Shown here piece after piece: positions 11,918 to 23,395 of a stretch of 64,000 nucleotides of DNA (within the stretch, counting starts at the first letter, position 1; the number at the start of each line of letters is the position of its first letter). The position numbers were made by a program, and so were the translations under genes. Under the pieces are notes generated by a model. The model was not told the DNA's origin. It saw nothing but the letters and a program-made list of their open reading frames with translations, and searched no databases. The stretch is from assembly GCF_000372725.1 (NCBI RefSeq), contig NW_005201192.1, positions 620,001-684,000 on the forward strand. Reading direction: 5' to 3'. Origin of the DNA: Emiliania huxleyi CCMP1516. Lineage: Eukaryota.

Positions 11918-13736
11918 TCATGCCAGACGAATGCGCGACGAATCCATCCACACGAGCACAGCCTGGCGGCAGATGGGGCACTGCTCCATCTTGGCGGAGC
12001 ACTCGGCGCACGCGCACTGATGCCCGCAAGGGATGGCGACGTGATCCTTCGGCCGAGTGAAGCATACTATGCACGTGGTCTCGCCGCCCAGGGTGGACTC
12101 GGGGACTGCTGCGCGACCCGTGTCGAACCCGGCGTCGGCTAGTGAGAGCGTCGCAACGGGTTGCTCCTCAGCCGGCAAAGGGTCGCCGGGCGGCCCGGTA
12201 GGCTTGTCCCGCTTGTAAAGGCCCCAGGTCCTAGGAGTGTACCTGGATCGGCGACGTCGCTTGCATGGCGGCAGGTCGCATGGGACGGCGGGGTTGAGAC
12301 CGGACGGCGGCTCGGCCGGTGGAGAAGCGAGCAACGGAGTCGATGGCGGAAAGCTCATAGAACCGGCAGCTTGCGAACCGGCAGTGGAGCTACAGTCGAA
12401 CGCGTCGAGCGAGGTAGCAGCGGCAGCGGCTTCGGTCGTGGCGCCATTCGCTATCAGCGGCGAAGCGAGAGAGGCATCGACAGCTGGAACTCCAGGACCA
12501 TCACCACCGGTTTCGGTTTGCGACGGTTCAGCCTTGCGGGAATGCCGAGCAGGTCTGGGCCCCCGCCTTCTATTCCGTCGCCTCGTGGATGAAATGCCAG
12601 CGAGATCTGGAGGAGTCACGGCCGTGGCGTCACCCGCAATCGGCGGAGAGGCGAGCGAGACGGGTGGAAGGCTTGGCGGCGAAGAAGTTGCCACAGGAAG
12701 GCCCACGGCTGCCTCCGCGCCATTCGACATAGCTTCGCCCTCAAGACGCGAGAGCGCTGCAGCCAGCAGCTGCTTGTCGAGCTCCGTAGCAGTCTCGGCT
12801 TGCAGCCTCGCCGAGATCGCGTCCTTCAAGTTCATCACGTGACTCAAGCCCATCAGCGCCACGAACTCTTCTGGTGCCACCTGCAGTCCTTGCCCGCTGT
12901 GCGTGTCGCCATTCCCGTCCTCGGCGATCGCCGGCAAGGAAGGGTGACGCTGCACTGGGCGTTGCCGGCGGTAGCTCGGGCGTCGCTCCGGTCCGAAGCG
13001 GCTCGGTTGTCGGGACCCGGGGCGACGCCGCATCGGGAGTCAGTGCACGCGGCTGTGACGTGGGCACCTCCACGGCCACGGCGCCAGCGTCGTCACTGTC
13101 CCGAACGGCATTGAGCTCGGCATGGAGTCGCTCGAGCTCCGCTCGTGCCCGTACGAGCTCGTCACTCGGGGAGGACGTCAGAGATCCCCCCTCCTGGTCC
13201 CGGACGCTGGAGGACAGCGGCGGGTTCGGAGAGATCGAGCTCCCCGGTTGAGCAGCGGCAACGGCGTCGAAAGCTGCCTCCGCTGCTTGCTCTTCGACGG
13301 AGAGCGCCAGGCGTGTGCGCGCCAATTCGAGGATCTCCAAAGAATGCTCGTCGACACCCGCTTGCCGGGCCTGCGCTAGCAACTGAGCAAACCGGGAGAC
13401 CGGGTCAAACGTCGGCGCGTCGTCCTCTTGGACAGGCAGAGCCGCGTCAGCGGTAGCGGTGGCACCAAACGGGACATACACCTCCGAGTTGTTGGCGGCC
13501 GACGCCACACCGGCCTCGGACGGCGAGGGAAATTCCACCGCCGCCGGGTGCTGAGCCGAGCGTAGTGCACCGGCCAGCTCTTGGAACCCACCGGCAAGGC
13601 TGGCCTGAAGCATGGTTCCAAACGTCTGGAACCCTTGAGTGAGGTTGGCGTTCATCTGCTCAAATCCCTGCTGCACCTCTGCATTGTGCTCCTCCGCCTG
13701 CCGACCAAGCGCCGCCGTCGCTCGGCTCTGCTCCAC
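11918..13736 (-). CDS. C3HC4 RING-finger protein with low-complexity N-terminus (split over two frames; chimeric or pseudogene possible)
   Basis: C-terminal CIVCFTRPKDHVAIPCGHQCACAECSAKMEQCPICR. The upstream coiled-coil and Ala/Pro-rich ORF 12741-13736 is in a different frame. Confidence 0.55.
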
Positions 13737-14262
13737 AATCGCCTGACGCTAGATTCGTGTTTCCGTTTCCGTTTTGGGTAAAACGTATACACAGCACTCT
13801 CTGTGCACTGTGGCGACGCTGCAACGGCGACGCTGGCAGCGGCGGCGACGCTGCTGCGATGGGGTACTGTAGCCCTTAGCTGCTGGACAGCACCTTGTGC
13901 AGTGGCAATGTCCACTGACTCATGGCACCAGCCTGTGCCATGAGCGCTGTGGTCAGTTGCGCTTTTGTGCGCCGGCGACGCTGCAGCGGCGACGACGCTG
14001 CAGCGGCGACGCTGCTGCATGGGGTGTGCTGTAGCCTTAGGTGCTGCGCCTGCACAGCACCTTGTTTGTGCAGTGGCAATGACTCCTGGCACTAGTGAGC
14101 TTGATGTCCTCAAATGTCCACAGAGTATACTGGTTGTGCTCACAGGTTGTGCCACATCAACAGGGGTGCAACTTTGAGAGGCTGCAACTAAGAGGGATGA
14201 AACAGCTTTGCAGCTGGAGCCCAAGTTTTGTTATGGGCTGCAACTGCATCCTGCCACCTTGG

Positions 14263-14529
14263 ATACCTCGACACCTTAGACGCTAAACACCTTGACAACA
14301 CTCGACACCCGCTCGACACGCTCGACACCCTCGTGCCTCGACACCCTCGACACCACTCCTCGACACCTCGACACGGACAAGCATGGTCCCAGCCTAGACA
14401 GGCCTCGACAGGCCTCGACAGGCCTCGACAGGCCTCGACAGGCCTCGACAGGCCTCGACACCTCTATCCCTCGACAGCAGCTCGACACCCTCGACACCGG
14501 GCCTCGACACCTCGACACCAGGGCTCAGG
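14263..14529. repeat. CTCGACA-motif array ending in CCAGGGCTCAG
   Basis: Many CTCGACA(C/GGC) units, including perfect 10-mers AGGCCTCGAC. Confidence 0.9.
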
Positions 14530-14631
14530 TCGGAAGCATGGAGTAACACCAGCGGTCCGTCGAGCGTCGACGCGAGCTATTCGCGTCTCGGATCTCGGTG
14601 AATGCTCTGTTACGGAGGCTCCGAGTTCTTC

Positions 14632-14660
14632 GGGTTAGGGTTAGGGTTAGGGTTAGGGTT
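14632..14660 (+). repeat. Interstitial telomeric repeat (GGGTTA), 4-5 units
   Basis: GGGTTAGGGTTAGGGTTAGGGTTAGGGTT seen directly. Confidence 0.9.
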
Positions 14661-15123
14661 TGTTGTCGTCGCGCCGCTCTCGCTCGCGATATTCTGTCTG
14701 GCTAAGTAAGACAGAGAGAGACACGGAAAGCAAGAGAGAAGAGGGCAGGGGAGACACAACCCCGTGTGTGGGCGCACGCCGCACCGACCGGCGCGCGCAC
14801 ACTCCCGCGCAATCTCACACCACAGCAGTACACGGGTACAGGTATGGACGTATGGTACTGGCTCGGGCTGGTCGAGCCAGTAGCAGTACCATCTACCCAG
14901 GAACCCAAGTCCCAGCGACGGCTGAGCACACATTTTATAAATAGGATCCAAGACCCAAGCGTCCATCGCGCATCGGACGCGCCTCTTTTATTTTGTGAGA
15001 GGGGGCCGAGAGAGAGGGAGGCGGGAGTTTCCTGCGGGAAGCCTCTCGCTCCCGCCCCTCCCCTCGCCTCCCCTGCTCGCCTCGCCCCCATGCAGAGCCA
15101 GGGCAGAGGAGGGAGGCGCCGTG

Positions 15124-16350
15124 TCAGATGCCCATCCCGCCCGTCACCTCGAGGGTGTGGCCAGTCACATAAGACGCGTGCGGCGACGCCAAAAAGAGGA
15201 TGCCGCCCGCCGCCTCCTCCGGCCGCCCCTTCCGGTTGAGAGGCACCATCGCCCGCAGCAGCGGGCCGCCCTCCCACATCTTGGCCACCTCGGGAGGCAG
15301 CCCCTGCTGCACCGCCTGCCCGCCGACCTCGACCGCCTGCGGGCGCGTCGCGGACGCGTCACGGACGGCTCCCGGCCTGCAGGGCCGCGCGAGCCCTCGG
15401 CCGCCTCGGAGGCAAAAGCGCTCGTCATCCGCGTCTCGATCATCCCAAAGGCGACCTACGGACCCGCCACGCACACGCGCCCTCCGCCTTGCGCACGCGA
15501 GGCTCCGGGAGGGAGGGGCGGCAGGGACCGCGTTGGCGCGGACCCCAAAGGCGCCCCACTCCTTTGCAATCGTCTTTGTGAGGCCGACGATGCCCGCCTG
15601 GTGAGCAGGGCGCGAGCCGTGACCTGCGCGCACGGGCCCCGCCCCTGTGCCTCGGAGGGACGCGACCTTTGCCGCCGCGTAGTTTGCCTGGCCGACGTTG
15701 CCGTGTAGCCCGGAGGTGGACGAGACGTTGATGATGCAGCGGTCCGAGGGGGCGCCGCCGCCCTCCATCTCCCGCTTCGCCGCGTCGCGCATGTACGGTG
15801 CGGCGGCGCGCGCCATCCGGAACGGCGCGCCTGGTCACAGCGAGAGGTGGACGGGGAGGGCGTCGGAGGAGGAGGGTCGGTGCGACGGGAGAGCGCGGCG
15901 TTGAAGAGAGAGAGAGAGGTTGAGAGGAGCGAATGCCGGGAGGAGCCATTGAACTGAACGCTGTCGGACGGGTGGACGGGAACGATGAAAGCAGAGGGGG
16001 AGCGCCACACCGAGGTGGCAGTCCACGACAGCGCCCCACTGCGAATCGTCCATCTTGTGGAGCACGCCGTCAAAGAGGAAGCCGGCGTTGTTGACGAGGA
16101 CGTCGACCGGGCCGAATTCAGCCGCCGCGTACGCGAGCAGCGCCTCGGGGAAGTCCGCATCCACCACACTCCCACCGAAACCGACGGCCTCACCGCCTGT
16201 CGCTCGGATCTCGGCGGCGGCGCTGTCGGCGACCGCTCCGTCGAGGTCGTTGACGACGACGCGCGCGCCCTCGCGACCAAGCAGACGCGCCGCCGCCGCA
16301 CCAATGCCGCGGCCAGCGCCGGTGATCACGGCAACCTTGCCCTTTAGCAT
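15124..16350 (-). CDS. Short-chain dehydrogenase/reductase (3-oxoacyl-ACP/CoA reductase-like), 5 exons
   Basis: Motifs TGAGRGIG, VLVNNAG, IINVSSTSGLHGNVGQANYAAAK (YxxxK) and ASYVTGHTLEVTGG. GT-AG and GC-AG introns restore the frame. Confidence 0.93.
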
Positions 16351-16593
16351 GGGTCGAAGCCGGTCAGCGCTCTGTGTCGATGGCACAGCCGAAAGAAAAA
16401 GAATTTTTCGCCTGGGTTCCTCGCGACGAGAGTGGGAACGGCAGACGGCATACGGCCTAGGGCTCGGCTGGGCGCGCACGCGCACGCGCGCGCGTCGCGC
16501 GCCACGCGTCGCTCCGCGAGGGCGCGCGCCAACCGCGATTCGAACCGGGGCCAAAAGGCGCCTGGAGCGACACTCTCGTCGTTCTCTCCCTTG

Positions 16594-17620
16594 TCACTTC
16601 TTCCTCTGTCGCGTCGCTCTCTTCTGCCTCGTCCTGCGACGCCGTCGCCACTTCAGGTCCACTCTCTCTTCGAACACTTGTGCCTCCACGGATGATGCCG
16701 GCGCTGGGGTTCCCTTCGGGTGCATCGTGACGGCTGACAACGGGATTTCCACTGGTTCGTCCTCCTCGGAGTCGTCTTCCCCGGCTTCCTTCCGCTCGGC
16801 CCTTCGCTCGGTACGTTCGGTGTGGCTCACCCTCCATGCCGTGAACAGGCGCTTTATCCACCCTATATTCTTCTCTCGTTCCTCTGCCCGTGCCCTGGTC
16901 TTGTCGTTGTTTCGCACCCATGTCTGTATGGCAATCGAGGCTGCCTTCCCCACTACCTGTAGTTCACTCGTCACCTCCCCCGCGAGCTCCCTTTTCTTTC
17001 TTTCGGGTATGGAGTCCGTGAGTGCGGGCAGCGTGCAGGCAATCACGGGCGCTATTTTGTGGTACTCCCCTTCGGCGAGCGCTCCGAATCTAGACCCTAT
17101 TGCCTTTAGGGAGGCTGCCCTCGCGCGTCTCAGGAATGTGGCGGTGTCTTTTGAGTCCGGCGCCTCCCGTTCGACTCTTGCTGTCGCCCTCGCCGCGTGT
17201 TTGTCAAGCTTCCGCATGAAGTGGCGCGCGTCTTCCTTATTTCCAGCGCAGCTGCCGCTCAGTATGTGCGCCAACGACGCCTGTGGTGGCTCACTGTCTT
17301 CTTGTTTCCAGTCGTCCCAGTCTCTCAGTTCTCCGATTCTCCTCCTTGCCTCGCGCGCCTCTTTTGTGGCCTCATCCCTAGCCGCCTTGCATGCACGCTC
17401 TGCATCCCCAGAACGCACTTCTCGTGGCGGTGCCCCTCATTCCCCGTTTCTTCTCCCCCTCTAGAATACGCCTGTGGTGTGCCCCGTGTGGCGTGTGGCA
17501 CCCCTAACCTGTTGTCTCACCCTGGCCCCCAAGATCGTTTTGGTCGTCACATTGTGATCCCCGACGTCGTCAAATGTCGCCCGCCTGTCCTTCTCCCCGT
17601 TCTCGTCTGGTAATCTCAAT
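16594..17620 (-). mobile_element. Degenerate retroelement-like coding remnant
   Basis: Purine-rich charged ORF with ACKA...LAHILSGSC, resembling a LINE C-terminal zinc knuckle. Upstream part has stops and frameshifts. Adjacent 17800-17880 is shared with 54340-54417. Confidence 0.35.
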
Positions 17621-19151
17621 ATCTCATCTGATTGTCCCATCGACGTTTAAGACTGGCTACAGCCACTTCGCTCCACAACCGTCCCGCCACCCCTGCCGTG
17701 TGCGATCCCGGCCTCACCGTCTTTCGATATTGCCCGCACACCCACTCGTGCGGATCTTGGAGCCTAGTAAAAAGAAAGAAAGAAGACAGACAACCCAAGG
17801 GAGGGATGGGAGAACGGAACGCCGCCACCACACAGGGATTTTAAGGAGAGGAGTGTGATGCGCTAGCCGTCGCCCACCCTGGGGAGTCTGCCTCTTCGTA
17901 TCTCTTTTCTTGGAGCCTAGTGTCGTGCGAGGGAGTTTTTGTAAAATTCTTTCTTCGAATTGGCGCGCTTAGTACGTGACCTGACGGAGCACGGGCACTG
18001 CGGAGCAACGCGGTTGCAACGCGCTTGCTTCATATATGTGGCGGCGCAGCGGCGGAGCTGTCTTCGCCGTGTGCGCGGTAGTGCAAGCCTCGTTTGGCAT
18101 GCATCTCTCACTGGCCGCGAGCATCGTCGCTGGCAGTGCGTTTGGCCTCGCCCTCTCCACCGCGTCGACGTCGCTCGCCTCATCGCGGCTCGTACGGTGA
18201 CGCCCTCATCACGATTCACCTTCGGTGCGTGCACCGCCGCATCGCCCCCAGCACGCCATGCCAGCACCCACTCTCCGGCGGCGGCACCACATCGGCGGCC
18301 CTGCGTCGCCGTCTGGGCAAGGCTGGTCCCAAGGCCTTTGTTGGCACTGCACACCGCGGTCTTCGTGGCTTGCACTCGCCCGCCCAGTTGTGCCCGCCCA
18401 CACTAACGAATGCGTCCCATAGTACCTCCACCGTTGCTCAGTACGGCGGAGGCCTCCGTGGCGCGGACAGCCACCACCACGATTAACCCCGACGCCCAAC
18501 CATGCCCTCGCCCGCACGCGGCCATAGCCACATCATGACGACACCCTTCGCTCTCTTCCGGTCCCTAGGTCAAATCTGCCCGCATCTTGCTGAAAGTGGC
18601 GGCACGCTGCGTGGCAATACACTCCATCCAGCGACACACGATCATCGCACTTGGGAAAGGGGAGGGCGCTCAACGGGAGGCCCGCTCGCTCCGCCTCCCG
18701 CGCGGCGGTATGCGTCTGGCGCAAGCCCGCTCGGCACGCTTGCTCGTGACGGCCCGGCGATCCTGATCTGCCACAAAATCCCTCTCTCCCAGCGAGTCTC
18801 AAAAGAGTTCCGCTCAGCGTGCTGTGCCTCACCACATCTCTCTGTGTCTCTTGTCTGACTCTGATATCTCTCTAGGATTCCAGATCCAGCATCCACTCTC
18901 TCTGTGGTTGACTCTCCGTCTCTCCCAACCCAGAGTGTGAGCTGTGTCTCTTGGTCGCGTGCTGGGTTGGCTTGTTTTTTGGAGGAGAAGAGACTTGACT
19001 CTATTGACGACAAATGACGCCTGTACTAGACTCACACCGCGAAGGCAGCCCTGTCAGAGCGGGGGGCGGGCGCCGTGACCGCCGCCGCCGTAAAGCGACA
19101 CGCGCGCAGGGCTGCTAATAGATCAGCACAAGGGAGGAGAGCCAGATACAT

Positions 19152-19562
19152 CTAGCGGCAGAGGGAGCCGAGCGGCGAGTCGCCCAGAGCGAACACCAGG
19201 CTGTTGAGCGCTTCGAGGGTGCAACTGTCGAGCTCGGCGACCGCCTTTGCGAGGGCCGCTTCGAAGCCGCCGTGCGCCGTGAGGAAGGTTGGGACGACGC
19301 CGAGCAGGTCGCCGATCGCGGCAAAAAAGCCTGGGCACTCCTCCGACTCACTGCGCGTGTCCACGAACGACGACATCATTTTCTCGGCCGTGTCTGTGAC
19401 GGTGGCGTGAGCGTCACTCGCAGCCTGTGCGAGCGGATGCACGATATGGCTCGCATCCGGAGTGTGCTGGGCGGCGGCGGCGGCGACGATGGCGTCCGGC
19501 TGCGGGATCGGGCCCGCTGCGGCGCAGGCGAGGCAGGCGATCAGGGCGAGGAGGCGAAGCAT
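19152..19562 (-). CDS. Small secreted hypothetical protein
   Basis: Signal peptide MLRLLALIACLACAAA-GP, GC-rich codon usage, three Cys in the C-terminal half. Confidence 0.6.
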   Translation of the reverse strand: MLRLLALIACLACAAAGPIPQPDAIVAAAAAQHTPDASHIVHPLAQAASDAHATVTDTAEKMMSSFVDTRSESEECPGFFAAIGDLLGVVPTFLTAHGGFEAALAKAVAELDSCTLEALNSLVFALGDSPLGSLCR

Positions 19563-20089
19563 TTGTGCTGCCAAGGATGCGTCCGTGAGCCGATCAAACA
19601 AGAGCGGGGATAACAAGGCCCCAAGGTAGCTCTCTCGCGGCGTATTTCCGACGATTTCTCTACTTGACAAAACAACAACAAACGTATTGCTAAAAATCTC
19701 TCTCACAAAACAAATCTCCTTCTACTGTGAGATGGGTAAAAAGGAACAGGTCCCCGCGCGTCGCGCTTATTTTGGCTGTTCCTCGAGCGCGTCGCGAGGG
19801 GGGGAGGCTGTTCGCGGGACGGGTTGTGTGTCTTTTTCCCCCTTTAGCTTTCGCTCTAGAAACGGATTACCAAGATTACTGGATCTAAACACGAACCGAC
19901 CGGGAGCACAGGGAGGCGCGAGAATGTGCGCAACGGCCGCCGCCGGCGCCCGCGGGCCCGCCGAGCGCCGACGAGGCACACGAGGGCGCTGCCGCGAAGA
20001 CCTGACGGCCCGCCACCGATGCCGCTGTGCGTGCGCACGAAACATGCGGGGCTCTGCGGTGGCCCGCGCGGCGGCTGCGGCCCTCGGCC

Positions 20090-21700
20090 TCAGGTCTTTT
20101 GCTTCTTCGCGGGCGGCGGCGGCGGCGGCGGCGGCAGCCCGGGGGGCGGCGGCGGCGGCGGTAGCCCGCCGCCTGGCGGCGGCGGCGGCGGCATGCCCCC
20201 GGGCGGCGGCGGCGGCATGCCGGGCGGCGGCGGCGGCATGCCCCCGGGCGGCTTGCTCGGCGGGAGGGGCAGCGTGGCGGAGGGCATCTTCGACGCGTCG
20301 ATGGCCGGCTCCTGCGAGCGCATGCCGGTCTGCAGCGCCATGTTGGCGGTGCGAGCGATGGAGGAGGAGTGGCCGTCCCAGATGACCTTCTTGGCGAGCT
20401 CCATCTCCTCCTGCACCGCGTTGGCGCCCACCATCTCTCCGATGGCAACCTCCTTGTCGCCGAAGATGTCGGTCCGCCGCTTCGCAAAGTGCTTGAGCGC
20501 GCGGTTGATGTCCTCGTCGCCGGCGACGTTCGAGTCCTTGCGCCTCTCCTCCTCGAGCTGCTTCTGCTCCTTCCACTTCGGGTCGAGCAGCGAGATGCGC
20601 ATGTGCTCCTCCATCTCGTCGAGCCGCACCTGCTGCCGCGTGATCGGGTCGATCGCGTAGCCCACGCTGCCCGCCGGCTTGACCCCAATCTGCGGCACGT
20701 AGTCCTTCCGGATCAGCCGCTCCGGCACGCCGGGCGGAGGCGGAGGAGGCAGCTCCTCCATCTCGGCGTCGCCCTGCTCGTTGGCCGCGGCGGGCTGCCC
20801 CTCCGCCGGCTTCGCCGCCGCCGCCGCCTCCTTGAGGTCCTGCGGCGCCGGCAGCGCCTCCTCTTCGTCGTCGTCGAACCCAATCGTCTCGACGACGACA
20901 AAGTCCTGCCAGTCGATGAGGAGGTTGGCGCGCCGCTCCGCGTCCACGGCGCTCTCCTGGCTCAGCTTCGCGCGCTCCTTCTCGCGGTGGAAGGCCGCGT
21001 GCCGGAACATGCGCGTCAGGGCGCCCGCCGGGTCGGCCGAGTCGGAGGCGAGCCGCTCGCGCAGGCCCTCGGGCGGCGCGAGGCACTTGGAGTAGGCGTC
21101 GACGAGGGAGGTGAAGTAGGGGAAGAGGAAGTGCGTCGGCTTGAGAAAGTCGAACTGCGGGTTCTTCGACTCGCGGTTCGCCAGGCCCGTCAGGAAGGGG
21201 CGGCCGTTGCGCGCGACAAACTGCGCCGAGAGCTGGATCGTGTCGAGGTCGAGGGGGACGACGCCGACGGGGCGGGGGACGGTGTAGAGCGCCTTTGGCG
21301 GCTCGAGCGGCGCCACCTTGAACCCCGACTTGACCGTCGCCTGCGCCGACACCTCCCCCGCGCCCGGCGCCGCGACCGCCGTCTCTGCCGCCGGCGCATC
21401 GCCGCGCAGCTCGGAGATCTTGTTGCGGTAGTAGGGGTGGAAGGGGTCGCTGCTGTTGAGGAAGCCGAACTTGGGGTTGCTCTGCTCGTTCTTCAGGATC
21501 CGGCTCTCAAACTCGGGCCCGTTGCGCGCGACGAACTGCGCCGTCTTGTCGATGATGCCCTGCAGGTCGGCGGGCGGCTGCAGCACGCCGTCCTTGACGG
21601 TCGCGGCGTGGCCGAGCGAGCTCACGCCCGGGACGACGGGGCCGCCGGGCCCCGCCCCCGCCGGCGTGACGGCCGAGGAGCCAGGCACGACCGCCAGCAT
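20090..21700 (-). CDS. SF3A1: Splicing factor 3A subunit 1 (Prp21)
   Basis: Two SURP domains (IIDKTAQFVARNGPEFE; TIQLSAQFVARNG...NPQFDFLKPTH), IDWQDFVVVETI, EHMRISLLDPKWKEQ, KRRTDIFG, VIWDGH and a poly-Pro tail. Confidence 0.96.
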   Translation of the reverse strand: MLAVVPGSSAVTPAGAGPGGPVVPGVSSLGHAATVKDGVLQPPADLQGIIDKTAQFVARNGPEFESRILKNEQSNPKFGFLNSSDPFHPYYRNKISELRGDAPAAETAVAAPGAGEVSAQATVKSGFKVAPLEPPKALYTVPRPVGVVPLDLDTIQLSAQFVARNGRPFLTGLANRESKNPQFDFLKPTHFLFPYFTSLVDAYSKCLAPPEGLRERLASDSADPAGALTRMFRHAAFHREKERAKLSQESAVDAERRANLLIDWQDFVVVETIGFDDDEEEALPAPQDLKEAAAAAKPAEGQPAAANEQGDAEMEELPPPPPPGVPERLIRKDYVPQIGVKPAGSVGYAIDPITRQQVRLDEMEEHMRISLLDPKWKEQKQLEEERRKDSNVAGDEDINRALKHFAKRRTDIFGDKEVAIGEMVGANAVQEEMELAKKVIWDGHSSSIARTANMALQTGMRSQEPAIDASKMPSATLPLPPSKPPGGMPPPPPGMPPPPPGGMPPPPPPGGGLPPPPPPPGLPPPPPPPPAKKQKT

Positions 21701-21974
21701 CGCCAGCGCTTGCAGGGTTCGGGATCTTACGCCGCATGGGAACCCCTACATAGTTCATTCGGTGATTTGAGTGGAGTCTCCTGGTCGCGTCTGGTGTCGA
21801 GGGTAGCCCGAATCGCTATAGTCGTGATTTGTTGTTGCTTTTCAAAAATCTCTCTCAATCAGCAGCCTGGAAGAAAAGAGGTCGTGTCTTGTCTCTCAGC
21901 CTACAGCCTGGCAGGGGGGGGGGAGGCTGGCGGCTGACTCAAAAACACAGGGATGGGGGCGCGGTGCTCGTCCG

Positions 21975-21976
<2 letters not shown>

Positions 21977-22037
<61 letters not shown>

Positions 22038-22170
22038 GCTGATTGTGACTACGATTTCTCCGATCACCCCGCCCGCCCGCCCCGCCCCGCCCGCCCGCCT
22101 CTCCCCGCTTGCCCGCCCGCCCGCCCGCCCGCCCGCCCGCCCGCCCGCCCGCCCGCCCGCCCGCCCGCCC
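21977..22170. repeat. (GA)n microsatellite followed by (CCCG)n tract
   Basis: Seen directly. Confidence 0.95.
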
Positions 22171-22872
22171 ACCCATTCCCATCACCATCTCACATACCTT
22201 CATACCTTCATTATGGCGCTCGAGACCTCCTCTCGCTGCGCCTACTCGCTGCCTCGAGGGAGGAGGGGAAGACGTCAGGCAGCTCTCACTCCTGTGATGA
22301 GCGCTTGAACCGAGGCCCCTCCTCGAAAGGCAAGTATTAGCCTCACGAAACCGAGACCCCTCCCCCCCACCCCGATCCCCCCACCCCCTTGCTCCCCTCC
22401 CCCCCTCGGGAAGGCCGAAGAGAGGCGCCCGTGGGGACCCCGCAATTCCCTTCCCCCCTCGGAGGGCCGGACTGAGGCGTCGAGGGCCCCGCTCTTTCCT
22501 TCGCATAGCGGCCACTCTTCGGATCGCTGGTCGAGCGACCCGGGGGATGCCCCGCGCGCCTGACCCAGGCGCGAAAACGAATCTGCGAGGCGTGGCCGCT
22601 CATGCGGCCCGATGGAGAGGAGCGGGGCAGACTACGGGGATCGGCTTCTTACAAAGCCCTTCCCTGCAGCGAGCCCCCCTCCAACCCACCCGCGCTAGGT
22701 CTCGGGGGACGCAGGGGTGGGTCACACCCGACGACCTCGGGAACTAGCCGGGGCAGTCGGAGAAGGGGCAACTCCGTGCACTGACGGTCGGCCGTCAGAA
22801 AACACGCCTCCGTGGCTCGGGTTACACCAATCCTCGCTACCCAACGCGGCCAAAGGATATCCACCTCGGAGA

Positions 22873-22875
<3 letters not shown>

Positions 22876-22965
<90 letters not shown>

Positions 22966-22978
22966 AGAGAGCGAGAGA
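22876..22978. repeat. (GA)n microsatellite
   Basis: Seen directly. Confidence 0.95.
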
Positions 22979-23008
22979 TCGCCTTGAGCACGGGACCTGA
23001 AAGAATGG

Positions 23009-23361
23009 GACCCGAGCGGCGCCCGGCGCGGTTAGGTAGGGCGGGAAGCCGCTTTCGGCAGAAAAGAGGAAACTTGACTCACATCCAGGGCCGGGGAGCT
23101 AAGAAGCGCACCCAGCGGGCCGGACGGATGATCGGTCGGGATCGGGCTACGGGCTAGAGAGCCCTGACCCCTACCTAGGGGGGGAGGGTGTGCGTTCGCA
23201 GGGAGAGGGCCGCAAAGTAAACACGGGTCTCCGAGGGTTAGCTCCGCGCTCCAGGTTTCCCCTAGCAGCAGAACGCCCCCTCTACTCGGAGCTAGTAAAC
23301 ACTCGACCCGAGCGGCGCCCGGCGCGGTAGGGCGGGAATTCGCTTTCGACAAAAAGAGAAA
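23009..23361 (+). mobile_element. Dispersed repeat bounded by imperfect direct repeats of about 60 bp
   Basis: GACCCGAGCGGCGCCCGGCGCGGT...GCTTTCG at 23009 and 23305. The internal part 23078-23300 recurs at 59057-59262. Confidence 0.65.
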
Positions 23362-23395
23362 GCGCAGGTTGGACTCCCGCCAAGATCTCTCAACG

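Noticed and set aside
14263..14529. CRISPR-like array
   Set aside because: Units are 7-10 bp with no unique 25-40 bp spacers, there are no cas genes, and the context is eukaryotic.
20369..21937. 522-aa plus-strand ORF
   Set aside because: Antisense shadow of SF3A1 caused by high GC3.
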